Translations under genes and position numbers: made by a program
Shown here: piece after piece, positions 39,404 through 48,130 of the stretch
How positions within the stretch are numbered: the first letter of the stretch is position 1
Layout of the letters: each line of letters starts with the position of its first letter
Assembly: GCA_963783375.1 (NCBI GenBank)
Contig: CAWANH010000029.1
Span: 736,001 to 800,000, forward strand
Length of the DNA: 64,000 nucleotides
Source of the DNA: Candidatus Eiseniibacteriota bacterium
Lineage (GTDB): Bacteria > Eisenbacteria > RBG-16-71-46 > JABDJR01
Direction: 5' to 3'
The notes under the pieces: model-generated
The model's input: only the letters and a program-made list of their open reading frames with translations
Databases searched by the model: none
Told to the model about the DNA's origin: nothing

Positions 39404-40773
39404 GAAACCTCCGCCGCTTCCACGGGCATCGACTCCTCGGCCATCCGTTCCACGAACCGTGTGTTGACGTCGCCCGCCTGGAACGCGGGGTGGTCCAGGA
39501 CCTTGAGGTGGAAGGGCGCGGTGGTGTGCAGCCCGTCCACCACCAGTTCCCCCAGCGCTCCCCGCATCCGGGCCAGGGCCTGGGGGCGGTCCTCCGCCCA
39601 TACGATCAGCTTCCCGATCATCGAGTCGTAGTAGCTGGGGACCCGGTACCCCTGGTAGAGATGGCTGTCCACCCTTACCCCGGGTCCACCGGGAAAGTGG
39701 AGGAACTCCACCCGGCCCGGGCTGGGGCGGAAGTTGTGGTCGGGGTCCTCCGCGTTCAGGCGGCACTCGATGGCGTGGCCCCGGAGCCGGACCTGGTCCT
39801 GGGTCACCGAGAGCGGCTCGCCGGCCGCGGCCCGGATCTGCTCCGCCACCAGATCGAGTCCGGTCACCCACTCGGTGACCGGGTGCTCCACCTGGAGCCG
39901 GGTGTTCATCTCCATGAAATAGAACTCACCCGTCTCGTCGAGCAGGAACTCGATGGTCCCCACCCCTTCGTAGTCGATGGCCCGGGCTCCGAGGAGCGCC
40001 GCCTCCCCCATCCGCCGCCGGAGATCGGGGGTGACCGCGGGCGAGGGGGATTCTTCGATGAGTTTCTGATGGCGGCGCTGGACCGAGCAGTCGCGCTCGC
40101 CCAGGTGAATGAGGTTGCCGTGGCGGTCCCCGAGAATCTGGATCTCCACGTGGCGGGGCCGGGCCAGATAACGCTCCACGTACACCGACCCGTTTCCGAA
40201 CGCGGCCTGAGCCTCGGAGCGGGCCATCTGGAACTGCTCCAGGAACTCCGCCGCCGAGCGGGCCACCCGCATGCCCTTCCCGCCGCCCCCGGCCACCGCC
40301 TTGATGATGACCGGGAAGCCGAAGCCCTCGGCCTGCTTCACCGCGACTTCTGGATCATCAACCGGGCCGTCGGTTCCCGGGACCACCGGCACCCCGGCCG
40401 CGCTCATCGCCGCGCGGGCGCTGGCCTTGTCTCCCATGGCCCGGATCTGGGCCCCGGTGGGGCCGATGAAGGAGATGCGGCAGGATGTGCAGACCTCGGC
40501 GAAATCGGCGTTCTCGGACAGGAACCCGTAGCCGGGGTGAATCGCGTCGGCCCCGGTGACCTCGGCCGCGCTGATGATCCGGGGGACGTTGAGGTAGCTT
40601 TCGGGCGCCGGGGGGGGGCCGATGCAGACCCCCTCGTCGGCCAACCGGACGTGCAGCGAGTCGGCGTCCGCCTCGCTGTACACGGCCACGCTTCGGATCC
40701 CCAGCTCCCGGCAGGCCCGAATGACCCGGACCGCGATCTCCCCGCGGTTCGCCACGAGAATCTTGCTGAACAT
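39400..40773 (-). CDS. accC: Acetyl-CoA carboxylase biotin carboxylase subunit
   Basis: [55 protein letters not shown]. Confidence 0.97.
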   Translation of the reverse strand: MFSKILVANRGEIAVRVIRACRELGIRSVAVYSEADADSLHVRLADEGVCIGPPPAPESYLNVPRIISAAEVTGADAIHPGYGFLSENADFAEVCTSCRISFIGPTGAQIRAMGDKASARAAMSAAGVPVVPGTDGPVDDPEVAVKQAEGFGFPVIIKAVAGGGGKGMRVARSAAEFLEQFQMARSEAQAAFGNGSVYVERYLARPRHVEIQILGDRHGNLIHLGERDCSVQRRHQKLIEESPSPAVTPDLRRRMGEAALLGARAIDYEGVGTIEFLLDETGEFYFMEMNTRLQVEHPVTEWVTGLDLVAEQIRAAAGEPLSVTQDQVRLRGHAIECRLNAEDPDHNFRPSPGRVEFLHFPGGPGVRVDSHLYQGYRVPSYYDSMIGKLIVWAEDRPQALARMRGALGELVVDGLHTTAPFHLKVLDHPAFQAGDVNTRFVERMAEESMPVEAAEVS

Positions 40774-40794
40774 ACCCCCCCGCTCGCGACCCAG

Positions 40795-41910
40795 CTAGGC
40801 CGGCCGCTCCTGCTCGAAGGAATCCCAGGACGTATCCGAGGCGGAGTGGATCCCGCGGGCCCGGAGGTCGAACTCGGCGGGATTGGTGCAGTAGCGCAGG
40901 GCGTCTTCGTAGGTGATCTTGTCCTCGCGGTAGAGGCGCATCAGGTCCTGGTCGAAGGTCTGCATGCCGTACTGGTTCACGCCCTCCTGGATCGCCTTGT
41001 AGATCATGGGCGTCTTGTGGGAGTCGGTGATGTACTCCTTGATGGTCGCGGTGTTGATCATGACCTCGACCGCGGGCACCCGGCCGTGCCCGCTCTTGTG
41101 GGGGATCAGGCGCATCGAGCAGACCGCGGCCAGGTTCGAGGCGAGGAGGTATCGAACCTCCTCGTGTTCCTGCAGCGGGAAGAAGGAAATGATGCGGTTG
41201 ATGGTCTGCGCGGCGTCCGGCGTGTGCAGGGTCGAAAGGACCAGGTGACCGGTGTCGGCGGCCATGACCGCGACCTTCATCGTCACCTGATCGCGGATTT
41301 CACCGATCAGGATCACGTCGGGATCCTGGCGAAGAATGTACTTCAACCCGTCGTGGTAGGACTCGGTGTCGAGCCCGACTTCACGCTGGCTGATCATGCA
41401 GAGGTTGTCCCGGTGAAGGAACTCCACCGGGTCCTCCACCGTGATGACGTTTCGGGCAATGTTGTTGTTGAGATAGTCGATCATCGAGGCCAGGCTGGTG
41501 GATTTTCCGGTGCCCACCGTGCCGGTGACGAGGATGAGACCGCGCGGCTTCTGCACCAGGTCGGCGAGCACCATGGGAAGGTTCAGATCCTCGAGGCTCG
41601 GCACCCCGAACGGGACCTGCCGGAAGGCCATCGCCACCGTCCCCCGCTGCTTGTAGAAATTGGAGCGGAACCGGGAAAGTCCGGGAACGGAGAAGGCGAA
41701 GTCGATTTCGTGGGAGTTCTCGAACGCCTTCTGCTGGTTGGGCGTCAGGATCTGCTCCACGATGGACTCGATGTCCTTGCTGCTGGGCTCGGGCTCGTCC
41801 AGGGGGATGAGCTTGCCGTCCACGCGGATGGTCGGCGGGGTGCCTGCCTTGATATGGAGATCGGACGCGCCGGCCTGGCTCATGCGCTCGAGTGTGTGGC
41901 GGATGTTCAT
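40795..41910 (-). CDS. pilT: PilT/PilU family type IV pilus retraction ATPase
   Basis: ASDLHI, GTVGTGKST, TVEDPVE, QREVG, LRQDPDVILIGEIRD, TGHLVLSTLHT, GMQTFDQ. Confidence 0.9.
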   Translation of the reverse strand: MNIRHTLERMSQAGASDLHIKAGTPPTIRVDGKLIPLDEPEPSSKDIESIVEQILTPNQQKAFENSHEIDFAFSVPGLSRFRSNFYKQRGTVAMAFRQVPFGVPSLEDLNLPMVLADLVQKPRGLILVTGTVGTGKSTSLASMIDYLNNNIARNVITVEDPVEFLHRDNLCMISQREVGLDTESYHDGLKYILRQDPDVILIGEIRDQVTMKVAVMAADTGHLVLSTLHTPDAAQTINRIISFFPLQEHEEVRYLLASNLAAVCSMRLIPHKSGHGRVPAVEVMINTATIKEYITDSHKTPMIYKAIQEGVNQYGMQTFDQDLMRLYREDKITYEDALRYCTNPAEFDLRARGIHSASDTSWDSFEQERPA

Positions 41911-41938
41911 GATACCCGGACCTCCGAATCCCCCCGGA

Positions 41939-42421
41939 TCAAGTTTCTTGGACGAGGAACAGGGCCTGGCCGAACTCGACCGGTTTGGCGTTATCCACCA
42001 GGACCTGGACGATCTTTCCCCGCACCTCGGATTGGATCTCGTTCATCAGCTTCATGGCCTCGATGATGCAGACCGTCTGGCCCGGCTCCACCGAGGACCC
42101 CGGCTCCATGTAAGGCTCCGCGTCCGGGGCCGGCGCCCGGTAGAACGTCCCCACCATGGGGGATTTGATCGCGGTGAGCCCGGCCGCCGAGTCGATCTCC
42201 GGTTCGGAGACCGGGGTCGGGGCCGGCGTCGCCGGCTCCGCAGGGAGCGCGGCCGGCCGCGCCTCGGGCACCGAACCAGCCACGGCCACATGGACCGGAC
42301 CGCCGTTCTCCCCGCTTCCCTTCCGGATCCGGATTCGCCCCCACCACTTCCACACCTCGAGCTCGCCGATTTCACTCTCTTCCACCAGCCGGATCAGCCG
42401 TCGGACCTCTTCGATTCTCAT
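41939..42421 (-). CDS. accB: Biotin carboxyl carrier protein
   Basis: SPMVGTFYRAP, IEAMKLMNEI, PVEFGQ. Confidence 0.97.
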   Translation of the reverse strand: MRIEEVRRLIRLVEESEIGELEVWKWWGRIRIRKGSGENGGPVHVAVAGSVPEARPAALPAEPATPAPTPVSEPEIDSAAGLTAIKSPMVGTFYRAPAPDAEPYMEPGSSVEPGQTVCIIEAMKLMNEIQSEVRGKIVQVLVDNAKPVEFGQALFLVQET

Positions 42422-42605
42422 GGGACCTCTCGTCTCGGAGCTCGGAAAGCAAGAGGCGCCCAGCGCAAAGAGAGGTCGCGCAGACCCTCCGACGCGGCGG
42501 CGCCTGATTCCGGTGGTGAGCCGGAGGGTCCGGGTTCCAGAACCCGGCTCCGACCCCGGGAACGGGGCCCCGGATCGAGGTCGTCCCGGCCCGGGAGGAC
42601 CTCTA

Positions 42606-43691
42606 CTAGGACGTCACCAACTCGACGGCGTCCCTGAGAAGCCCATCCGGTACACGCGGCCAGACGCTAGCACCGCCCATCTGGAGTGTCAACACGAAGC
42701 GGGTTCTCGAGTCCCGCACCTTCTTGTCCAGCTTGAGCTTGCGCGCTATCGTCCTCTTATCGGCCTCCGGACGGGTGAGCTTGAGGCCCAGCCTGACCAA
42801 GAGATCGTTCTGGCGCTTGCGCACCCCCGGGGCGGTGACCCCCAGCGCCTCCCCCAACCAGGCGGCGCCGTTCATTCCCATGGCCACCGCCTCGCCGTGT
42901 CGGAGACGTCCCAGGGTCTCCGCCTCGAGGGCGTGGCCCAGGGTATGCCCGTAGTTGAGGACCGCTCGCACGTCCTCCTCGCGTTCGTCCCGCCCCACCA
43001 CCTCTCCCTTGGCTTCCACGCAGGCGGTGATCACCTCGATCAGGATCCCGGGGTCGCGGGCCAGGACGCGGCCGGCGCCCTCCTCCAGGGCGGCCATGAG
43101 GTCGGGCCGCAGGGTCACCCCGATCTTCACCGCCTCGGCCAGGCCCGCCCGGTAGTCGCGGGGGGTCAGGCTGGCCAGAAGCTCCGGATCCGCCGCCACC
43201 AGCGCCGGCTGATGGAAAGCCCCGATCAGGTTCTTCCCTCCCCCGAAGTTCACCCCGGTCTTTCCACCCACCGAGCTGTCCACCTGGGCGATGACCGTGG
43301 TGGGGACATGGACGAGGGGGAGACCTCGGTACAGGGTCGCGGCGGCGAAACCGGCCAGGTCGCCGGTCACCCCGCCCCCCAGAGCCACCACCGGGGTCCA
43401 TCGATCCACTCCGGCGGCGAGAAGCGCCTCGTACAGGACCCGGACCCGCGCCAGGGACTTGGCCCTTTCCCCCGGGGGCACCTCGATCCGCGCGATCACC
43501 TCGACCCCGGCTTCGGCGAACCCCTGCTCGAGCGCCTGCCCGTGGAGTTTCGCCACCTTCCGGTCGGCGACGACCGCCACCCGCCGGGCCTCGAGACGCT
43601 CGCGCACCAGGGCCCCGACCCGGGAAACCAGCCCGGCTTCGATGATCACCGGGTAGGCGGTCTCCCCCACCCGGACTCGCACCAAGGCCAT
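42606..43691 (-). CDS. aroB: 3-dehydroquinate synthase
   Basis: GGGVTGDLAGF, PTTVIAQVDSSVGGKT, KNLIGAFHQP, LNYGHTLGHALE, HGEAV. Confidence 0.96.
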   Translation of the reverse strand: MALVRVRVGETAYPVIIEAGLVSRVGALVRERLEARRVAVVADRKVAKLHGQALEQGFAEAGVEVIARIEVPPGERAKSLARVRVLYEALLAAGVDRWTPVVALGGGVTGDLAGFAAATLYRGLPLVHVPTTVIAQVDSSVGGKTGVNFGGGKNLIGAFHQPALVAADPELLASLTPRDYRAGLAEAVKIGVTLRPDLMAALEEGAGRVLARDPGILIEVITACVEAKGEVVGRDEREEDVRAVLNYGHTLGHALEAETLGRLRHGEAVAMGMNGAAWLGEALGVTAPGVRKRQNDLLVRLGLKLTRPEADKRTIARKLKLDKKVRDSRTRFVLTLQMGGASVWPRVPDGLLRDAVELVTS

Positions 43692-43748
43692 CTAGCCCCC
43701 GTCCCGCGCCGGGGTGCGCGGCGCCCGGGATCCGCCGGCCCGCCTCAT

Positions 43749-44795
43749 CTAGCGGACCACCTCGAAGGTGTGAAGGATGGAATCCACCTGCCGGAGGATG
43801 GGCACCTTGTCCTGCCCTGGGGCGAAGACCTGGCCGATCAGGAGATAGGAGCGATCCCCGCGCTGGAGGGCGTAGGCCACGAACGGACCTCCGATCACGT
43901 ACTTCTCGTTCTGCCAGATGCCGCCCCAGCGCACCGCCGGCCGTCCCTGGAACTGCACCGTCCGGCTCCGGGTGAGCGACGGCATGAAGAAATCGCCGTC
44001 GTTGTAGACCTCGAGAATGTCGGAGAGCACCGAGTCCCAGGCGGCGGGAACGAGCGGAACCTTTTCGTCGACCCAGTGGACGAGGACCAGACGCACCGGG
44101 TCGGCGGCGTTGAACTTGACGAAATCGCGCTTGGGGTCCTCGGCGGCGTAGAAGCCGTCGAGGAGGTGAAGGGTCCAGCCGTACTTTCGGGCCACCTCGG
44201 CGGTGAGTTCCGTTTCCTCCCCCAGACCGAACATGGTCTTGGTCAACCCCTCCACCACCGCATCCGAGTATTCGTACCGGAGCTCGGTGGAGTCCGCCCC
44301 GGTGAAGAGGTGCAGGAGGTCGGCATCCGACCACGCCACCGCGAAGAGGGTGGTCTGTCCGGTGGCCCACCGGTCCCGGGCCAGGAGCCGGAAGGGGGTC
44401 CGCGCCTTGATCTGGTCCCTTCCCGCCTTTCCCAGCATGCCCGGAAGATCGTGGGCCAGGGCGTCGTCCCGGGACAGATCCACGGCGACGATCTGGTTCT
44501 TCACGTACTTGTAGGTGACGAAGCGGTCGTAGGGCGGAAAGTCGAGACGGAAGGCGGGTTCGGTCCCGTTGGCCACGGTGGGGCCGGTCTGAACGGGGTA
44601 CTGATAGAGCTGCTCGATGGCGTCCGCCACCGGACCCCGGCGGGAGGTGTTCGTGAGCACCGAGACCTCGTCGTTGGCCCCCACCGCTCCCGGAGGAGTT
44701 CGTTGTCCGCATCCGGACAAGAGAACCAGAATAGTCAGGAAGAGCGCGCCGGTCCGCGGCGCGGTCGTCGCGCCGCCGCGGGTGATGATGTTCAT
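43749..44795 (-). CDS. DUF4837-like lipoprotein
   Basis: Lipobox LSGC; TEPAFRL, DRWATGQ, GIWQ...GGPF, FAPGQDK...DSILHTF pattern as recalled for this FCB family. Confidence 0.65.
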   Translation of the reverse strand: MNIITRGGATTAPRTGALFLTILVLLSGCGQRTPPGAVGANDEVSVLTNTSRRGPVADAIEQLYQYPVQTGPTVANGTEPAFRLDFPPYDRFVTYKYVKNQIVAVDLSRDDALAHDLPGMLGKAGRDQIKARTPFRLLARDRWATGQTTLFAVAWSDADLLHLFTGADSTELRYEYSDAVVEGLTKTMFGLGEETELTAEVARKYGWTLHLLDGFYAAEDPKRDFVKFNAADPVRLVLVHWVDEKVPLVPAAWDSVLSDILEVYNDGDFFMPSLTRSRTVQFQGRPAVRWGGIWQNEKYVIGGPFVAYALQRGDRSYLLIGQVFAPGQDKVPILRQVDSILHTFEVVR

Positions 44796-44810
44796 GGGGG
44801 GATTATAGGC

Positions 44811-45998
44811 TCAGCGAACGGCGGGGGCGACCCCGGCTCCGGCCCCGCCCCGGCTGCTCAGGGAGGCGTCCATCTCCGGGGTCCAGGGAACGTCGGGGGC
44901 CTGCTCCACGTCCGCATAGACCGTGGTCCGGGTGCCGCGGCGGAGGAAGCGGATGGGAATGTGCGATCCAGGGACGGTGGCCGCCACCAGGAATGAGAGG
45001 TCCTCGGGACTCTGCACGCGGGCTCCGGCATAGTCGAGGATCACGTCTCCGGGGAGAAGGCCCGCGCTGGCCGCCGGTCCCCCCTCCACCAGGCGATGGA
45101 CGATCACCCCGCGGAGCTCGCGACCCCGCGGGTGCGCCGACTCCCTCAGCTCGACCTGCACGCCGAGATAGCCGCGTTCCACGTAGCCGAGACGGATCAG
45201 CTCACGCGCGGTCTCCATGGCGTGGCCCGCGGGAAGGGCGACGGTGGCCGCGGCCGGAGAGGCGGTGGCGATTCGCCCCCGGTAGAGGAACCCGGCCACC
45301 ATGTCGGCGCCCGCGGGCACCATGGCCCGGCTCGGCTCCATCTCCACCCGACCGGAAATGAGACCCACCATCTCGCCCTCGCCGTTCAGGAGCGCGCCTC
45401 CGGTGATTCCGGGATAGACCGGGGCGGAGACCTGAACCATCTCCACGTCGCTATACCCCAGGTTGGGTCCCTGGACCAGGATCACCGACCCGAAGCTGGC
45501 GGTGGGGGCGCCCGGCGGACCCATCCCCAGCGCCACCACGAGGTCGCCGGGGAAGAGCAGGGCGTCCTCGGCCACCGGAATGGCGGGTAGGCTCAGACCC
45601 GGGCTCTCCAGGACCGCCAGATTGGTGCGTCGGTCCACGCCCAGGACCCTGGCCGGCAGGGTATCGCCGTCGGCCGCGGTGACCAGGACCTCCCGGGCCG
45701 GTCCCACCACCCCGGCACAGGTGAGGATGCGACCCCCGCCGAGGGATACTCCGGAGCCGATGATGCGGGGGCGGGTGCGTCCAATGGGGGCTCCGGAGGG
45801 ATCCTCGGTGGCACGGATCACCCGCACCAGGTAGGGCGAGGCCCCGTTCGCCACCCGGGTGACCCCGGCGGCGAGATCGGAGAAGCCCGTCCGCCCGCGG
45901 GACTCGCGCGGAACCCCGGAGCCGGCGGGACCGGCGTCGGCCACGCTCACCCGGATCGCGAGAACCGCGACCAGACCGAACCCTACCCAGCCGCGCAT
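44811..45998 (-). CDS. HtrA/DegS-like trypsin domain plus one PDZ domain, catalytic triad absent (pseudoprotease)
   Basis: Signal peptide; GSGV, LTCAGVV (His to Gly), TNLAVL (Asp to Asn), PGITGGAL (Ser to Thr); PDZ with RGYLGV and GPAASAGLLPGDVI. Confidence 0.85.
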   Translation of the reverse strand: MRGWVGFGLVAVLAIRVSVADAGPAGSGVPRESRGRTGFSDLAAGVTRVANGASPYLVRVIRATEDPSGAPIGRTRPRIIGSGVSLGGGRILTCAGVVGPAREVLVTAADGDTLPARVLGVDRRTNLAVLESPGLSLPAIPVAEDALLFPGDLVVALGMGPPGAPTASFGSVILVQGPNLGYSDVEMVQVSAPVYPGITGGALLNGEGEMVGLISGRVEMEPSRAMVPAGADMVAGFLYRGRIATASPAAATVALPAGHAMETARELIRLGYVERGYLGVQVELRESAHPRGRELRGVIVHRLVEGGPAASAGLLPGDVILDYAGARVQSPEDLSFLVAATVPGSHIPIRFLRRGTRTTVYADVEQAPDVPWTPEMDASLSSRGGAGAGVAPAVR

Positions 45999-46702
45999 CA
46001 GAACGTCACCACCACCTTGGCGGTGGGGTCGCTCCCCACGCGGGTGAGCACGGCGTCACCGCCCCCGGGGGGCTCCCGGAGGACCCAGTCCTCGAGGGCG
46101 TAGCTGTCTTGGGCCATCCCCAGCGACTGCTCCGGACCCTCGGCCTCGGTGTCGATGCCCGGATAGAGATCGGAAATGGTGGCCACCGGAGGGGTGGGCC
46201 CGAAGTCCACCGGTTGGGAGGCGGTCGCGCCGGGATTCCCGGCCGCGAGTTCGGGTGCGGGAGCCGCGGTCACGGCCCGATCGGCCCGGGTCGGACCGGT
46301 TCGAGGCTCCGGCGAACGGAACTGGGAGATCCCGAGGAAGGCCACGGCCAGGGCCGCGGCGGCGGCCAGGGGGACCCCCCACCACGCGGCGCGCCGGGAA
46401 GGCAGTGGCACCACCGGCACTTCGAGCCCGGCGGCGGGGAGGCCGTTCACCTCGGCGAGAACGCGCTGGGTGAAGTCCCCCGAGACCCGGGGGCCGGGAA
46501 CCCGGGAGAGCCGGACGAGGAGCGCCTCCATCCCGCTCACCTGGTCGCGGCAACGGGGGCAGACCGTGAGGTGGCCGTCGATGAAGCGGGTTTCAGCCGG
46601 GCTGGTTTCGGACTCGATATAGGCGGACAGGAGGGAATCGACGCGTTGGCAAGGTTTCATTCCGAGGCTCCTAGATCGTCCAGCGGCCCGCCGCCGGATC
46701 AC
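45998..46702 (-). CDS. Zinc-finger (zf-HC2/ZAS) transmembrane anti-sigma factor
   Basis: C...LSAYIE...HLTVCPRC (HxxxCxxC); one TM helix WWGVPLAAAAALAVAFLGI; C-terminus VVVTF. Start GTG 46702 (coupled) or ATG 46660. Confidence 0.88.
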   Translation of the reverse strand: MIRRRAAGRSRSLGMKPCQRVDSLLSAYIESETSPAETRFIDGHLTVCPRCRDQVSGMEALLVRLSRVPGPRVSGDFTQRVLAEVNGLPAAGLEVPVVPLPSRRAAWWGVPLAAAAALAVAFLGISQFRSPEPRTGPTRADRAVTAAPAPELAAGNPGATASQPVDFGPTPPVATISDLYPGIDTEAEGPEQSLGMAQDSYALEDWVLREPPGGGDAVLTRVGSDPTAKVVVTF

Positions 46703-47316
46703 AGCTCCGATTTCGCAATGGTCTTGAGCTTCTCCTTGAGCATGAGACGGGCCCGATTGATCCGGGAGCGCACCGTACCTCCCGGGATGTCCAGGATGTC
46801 TCCGATCTCCTCGTAGGAGAGACCTTCCAGGTCCCGGAGGATCAGCGCTTCCCGGTAGACGTCGGGCAGGCGCGCGATCGCCTTGCCCACCATCCGGCCC
46901 GTTTGATCCTGTTCCACCCGCCGATCGGTCCCGATCTGCTCGTCGTCCCGGAGCAGGGGCTCCACGGAGCCCATGACCTCGGTCAGATGGTCCAGGCTCA
47001 GAACGTTCCGCAGCCGCACCTTCCGGCGAATCTCGTTCTTGGCCAGATTCACCGCAATGGTGAAGATCCAGGTCGAGAACTTCCCGGTCTTCCGGTACCG
47101 CTCACGATGCAGATAGACCCGGACGAAGGCCTCCTGCGCGAGGTCCTCGGCCCGTTGGAAATCCCGGATGTACCGGTAGATCACGTTCTGCAGGCGGTTC
47201 TTGTAGCGATCGACGACGCAGGCGAAGGCCGTCTCGCTACCCGCCACCACGTGATCCATGAGGTCCTCATCCGAGAGGTCCTGGTAGAAGGCTCGGCTTT
47301 CCAGAGGCGCCTCCAT
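46699..47316 (-). CDS. ECF sigma factor (RpoE/SigW-like)
   Basis: AEDLAQEAFVRVY, KFSTWIFTIAVN, LSYEEIGDILDIPGGTVRSRINRAR; likely start ATG 47316. Confidence 0.95.
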   Translation of the reverse strand: MEAPLESRAFYQDLSDEDLMDHVVAGSETAFACVVDRYKNRLQNVIYRYIRDFQRAEDLAQEAFVRVYLHRERYRKTGKFSTWIFTIAVNLAKNEIRRKVRLRNVLSLDHLTEVMGSVEPLLRDDEQIGTDRRVEQDQTGRMVGKAIARLPDVYREALILRDLEGLSYEEIGDILDIPGGTVRSRINRARLMLKEKLKTIAKSEL

Positions 47317-47341
47317 CCAATCTCGCGGTACCTCGGGGCGT

Positions 47342-47368
47342 TCTACCCCGAGGGCCGGAAACGGTTCC
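47342..47368 (-). promoter_or_regulatory. Candidate ECF-dependent autoregulatory promoter
   Basis: Minus strand GGAACC-N16-GTAGA, about 25 nt upstream of ATG 47316. Confidence 0.5.
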
Positions 47369-47464
47369 CGGAGAGGGGAAAAGCGCATTTGAGGGGAACA
47401 CAAACCCCATGGGGGAGGTTATCATAGGCACGGGGTCGTCCGCCCACCCCCCCGGAGGTGTAAG

Positions 47465-48123
47465 TTGAAATTTTCCAGTCAGTTGACGTTAAGGCTCCCC
47501 GTGGCGGTCGCGGCCGCCGTGTTCCTGGCCGGGTGCTACACCGTGCTCAAGCACCCCACCACGGACCTCACCGCCGCTGACACCCACGGCGGCGACTACC
47601 GCTATTCGGATTGCGCCTCCTGCCATTCCGAGGGGTTCTCCCAGCCTCTCGTACCTGATCCCTACGGCTACACCAGTTCCTGGTATTTCCCCTACTACGG
47701 CCGACCGTGGTGGCTTCCCTACTACGATCCCGAGCCCGGCGCCCCCGGGGGCCGGTGGTCGGGGGGATCCGGCGGCGGATCCCGGACCGGGATCGCCACC
47801 GGGGACGACGAGCGGCACGTGGGAGGCCGGGGCGGCGTGCGCGCGGGCGGGGTTCCGAGCCGCCCGCCGGTCTACAATCCCGCCCCCGGAGGCGGCGGAT
47901 CCGCATCGCCCTCGGTGGGCCCGCAGACCCAGGGACTCGGGGAGCACGGACAGAGCCGGGCCGAGACGGGCCAGCAGCCCGGGCGGACCCTGAAGCCGCG
48001 CGCAATCCGCCGGCCCGACGCCACCGCAGCCGCCGCCCGCTCCCTCCACCGGCCAAGAACCAGGACGACGGCAAGAAGCAGGACACGACAAGGCCAAGCC
48101 GAAGGACGACAAACTCAAGGTAG
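47465..48123 (+). CDS. Lipoprotein with one CxxCH motif and a Tyr/Trp-rich then low-complexity tail (frameshifted)
   Basis: GGAGG before TTG; LAGC lipobox, YTVLKHP, CASCH, WYFPYYGRPWW; probable true stop TAG 48123 in another frame. Confidence 0.6.
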
Positions 48124-48130
48124 GAGAAAT

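Noticed and set aside
42422-42605. Hairpin-rich aroB-accB gap as an ncRNA or repeat
   Set aside because: GC-rich pairing is expected by chance, with no recognisable family and no second copy in the window.
39490-44996. 858-aa and 946-aa plus-strand ORFs
   Set aside because: Antisense to accC, pilT, accB, aroB and the DUF4837-like gene.
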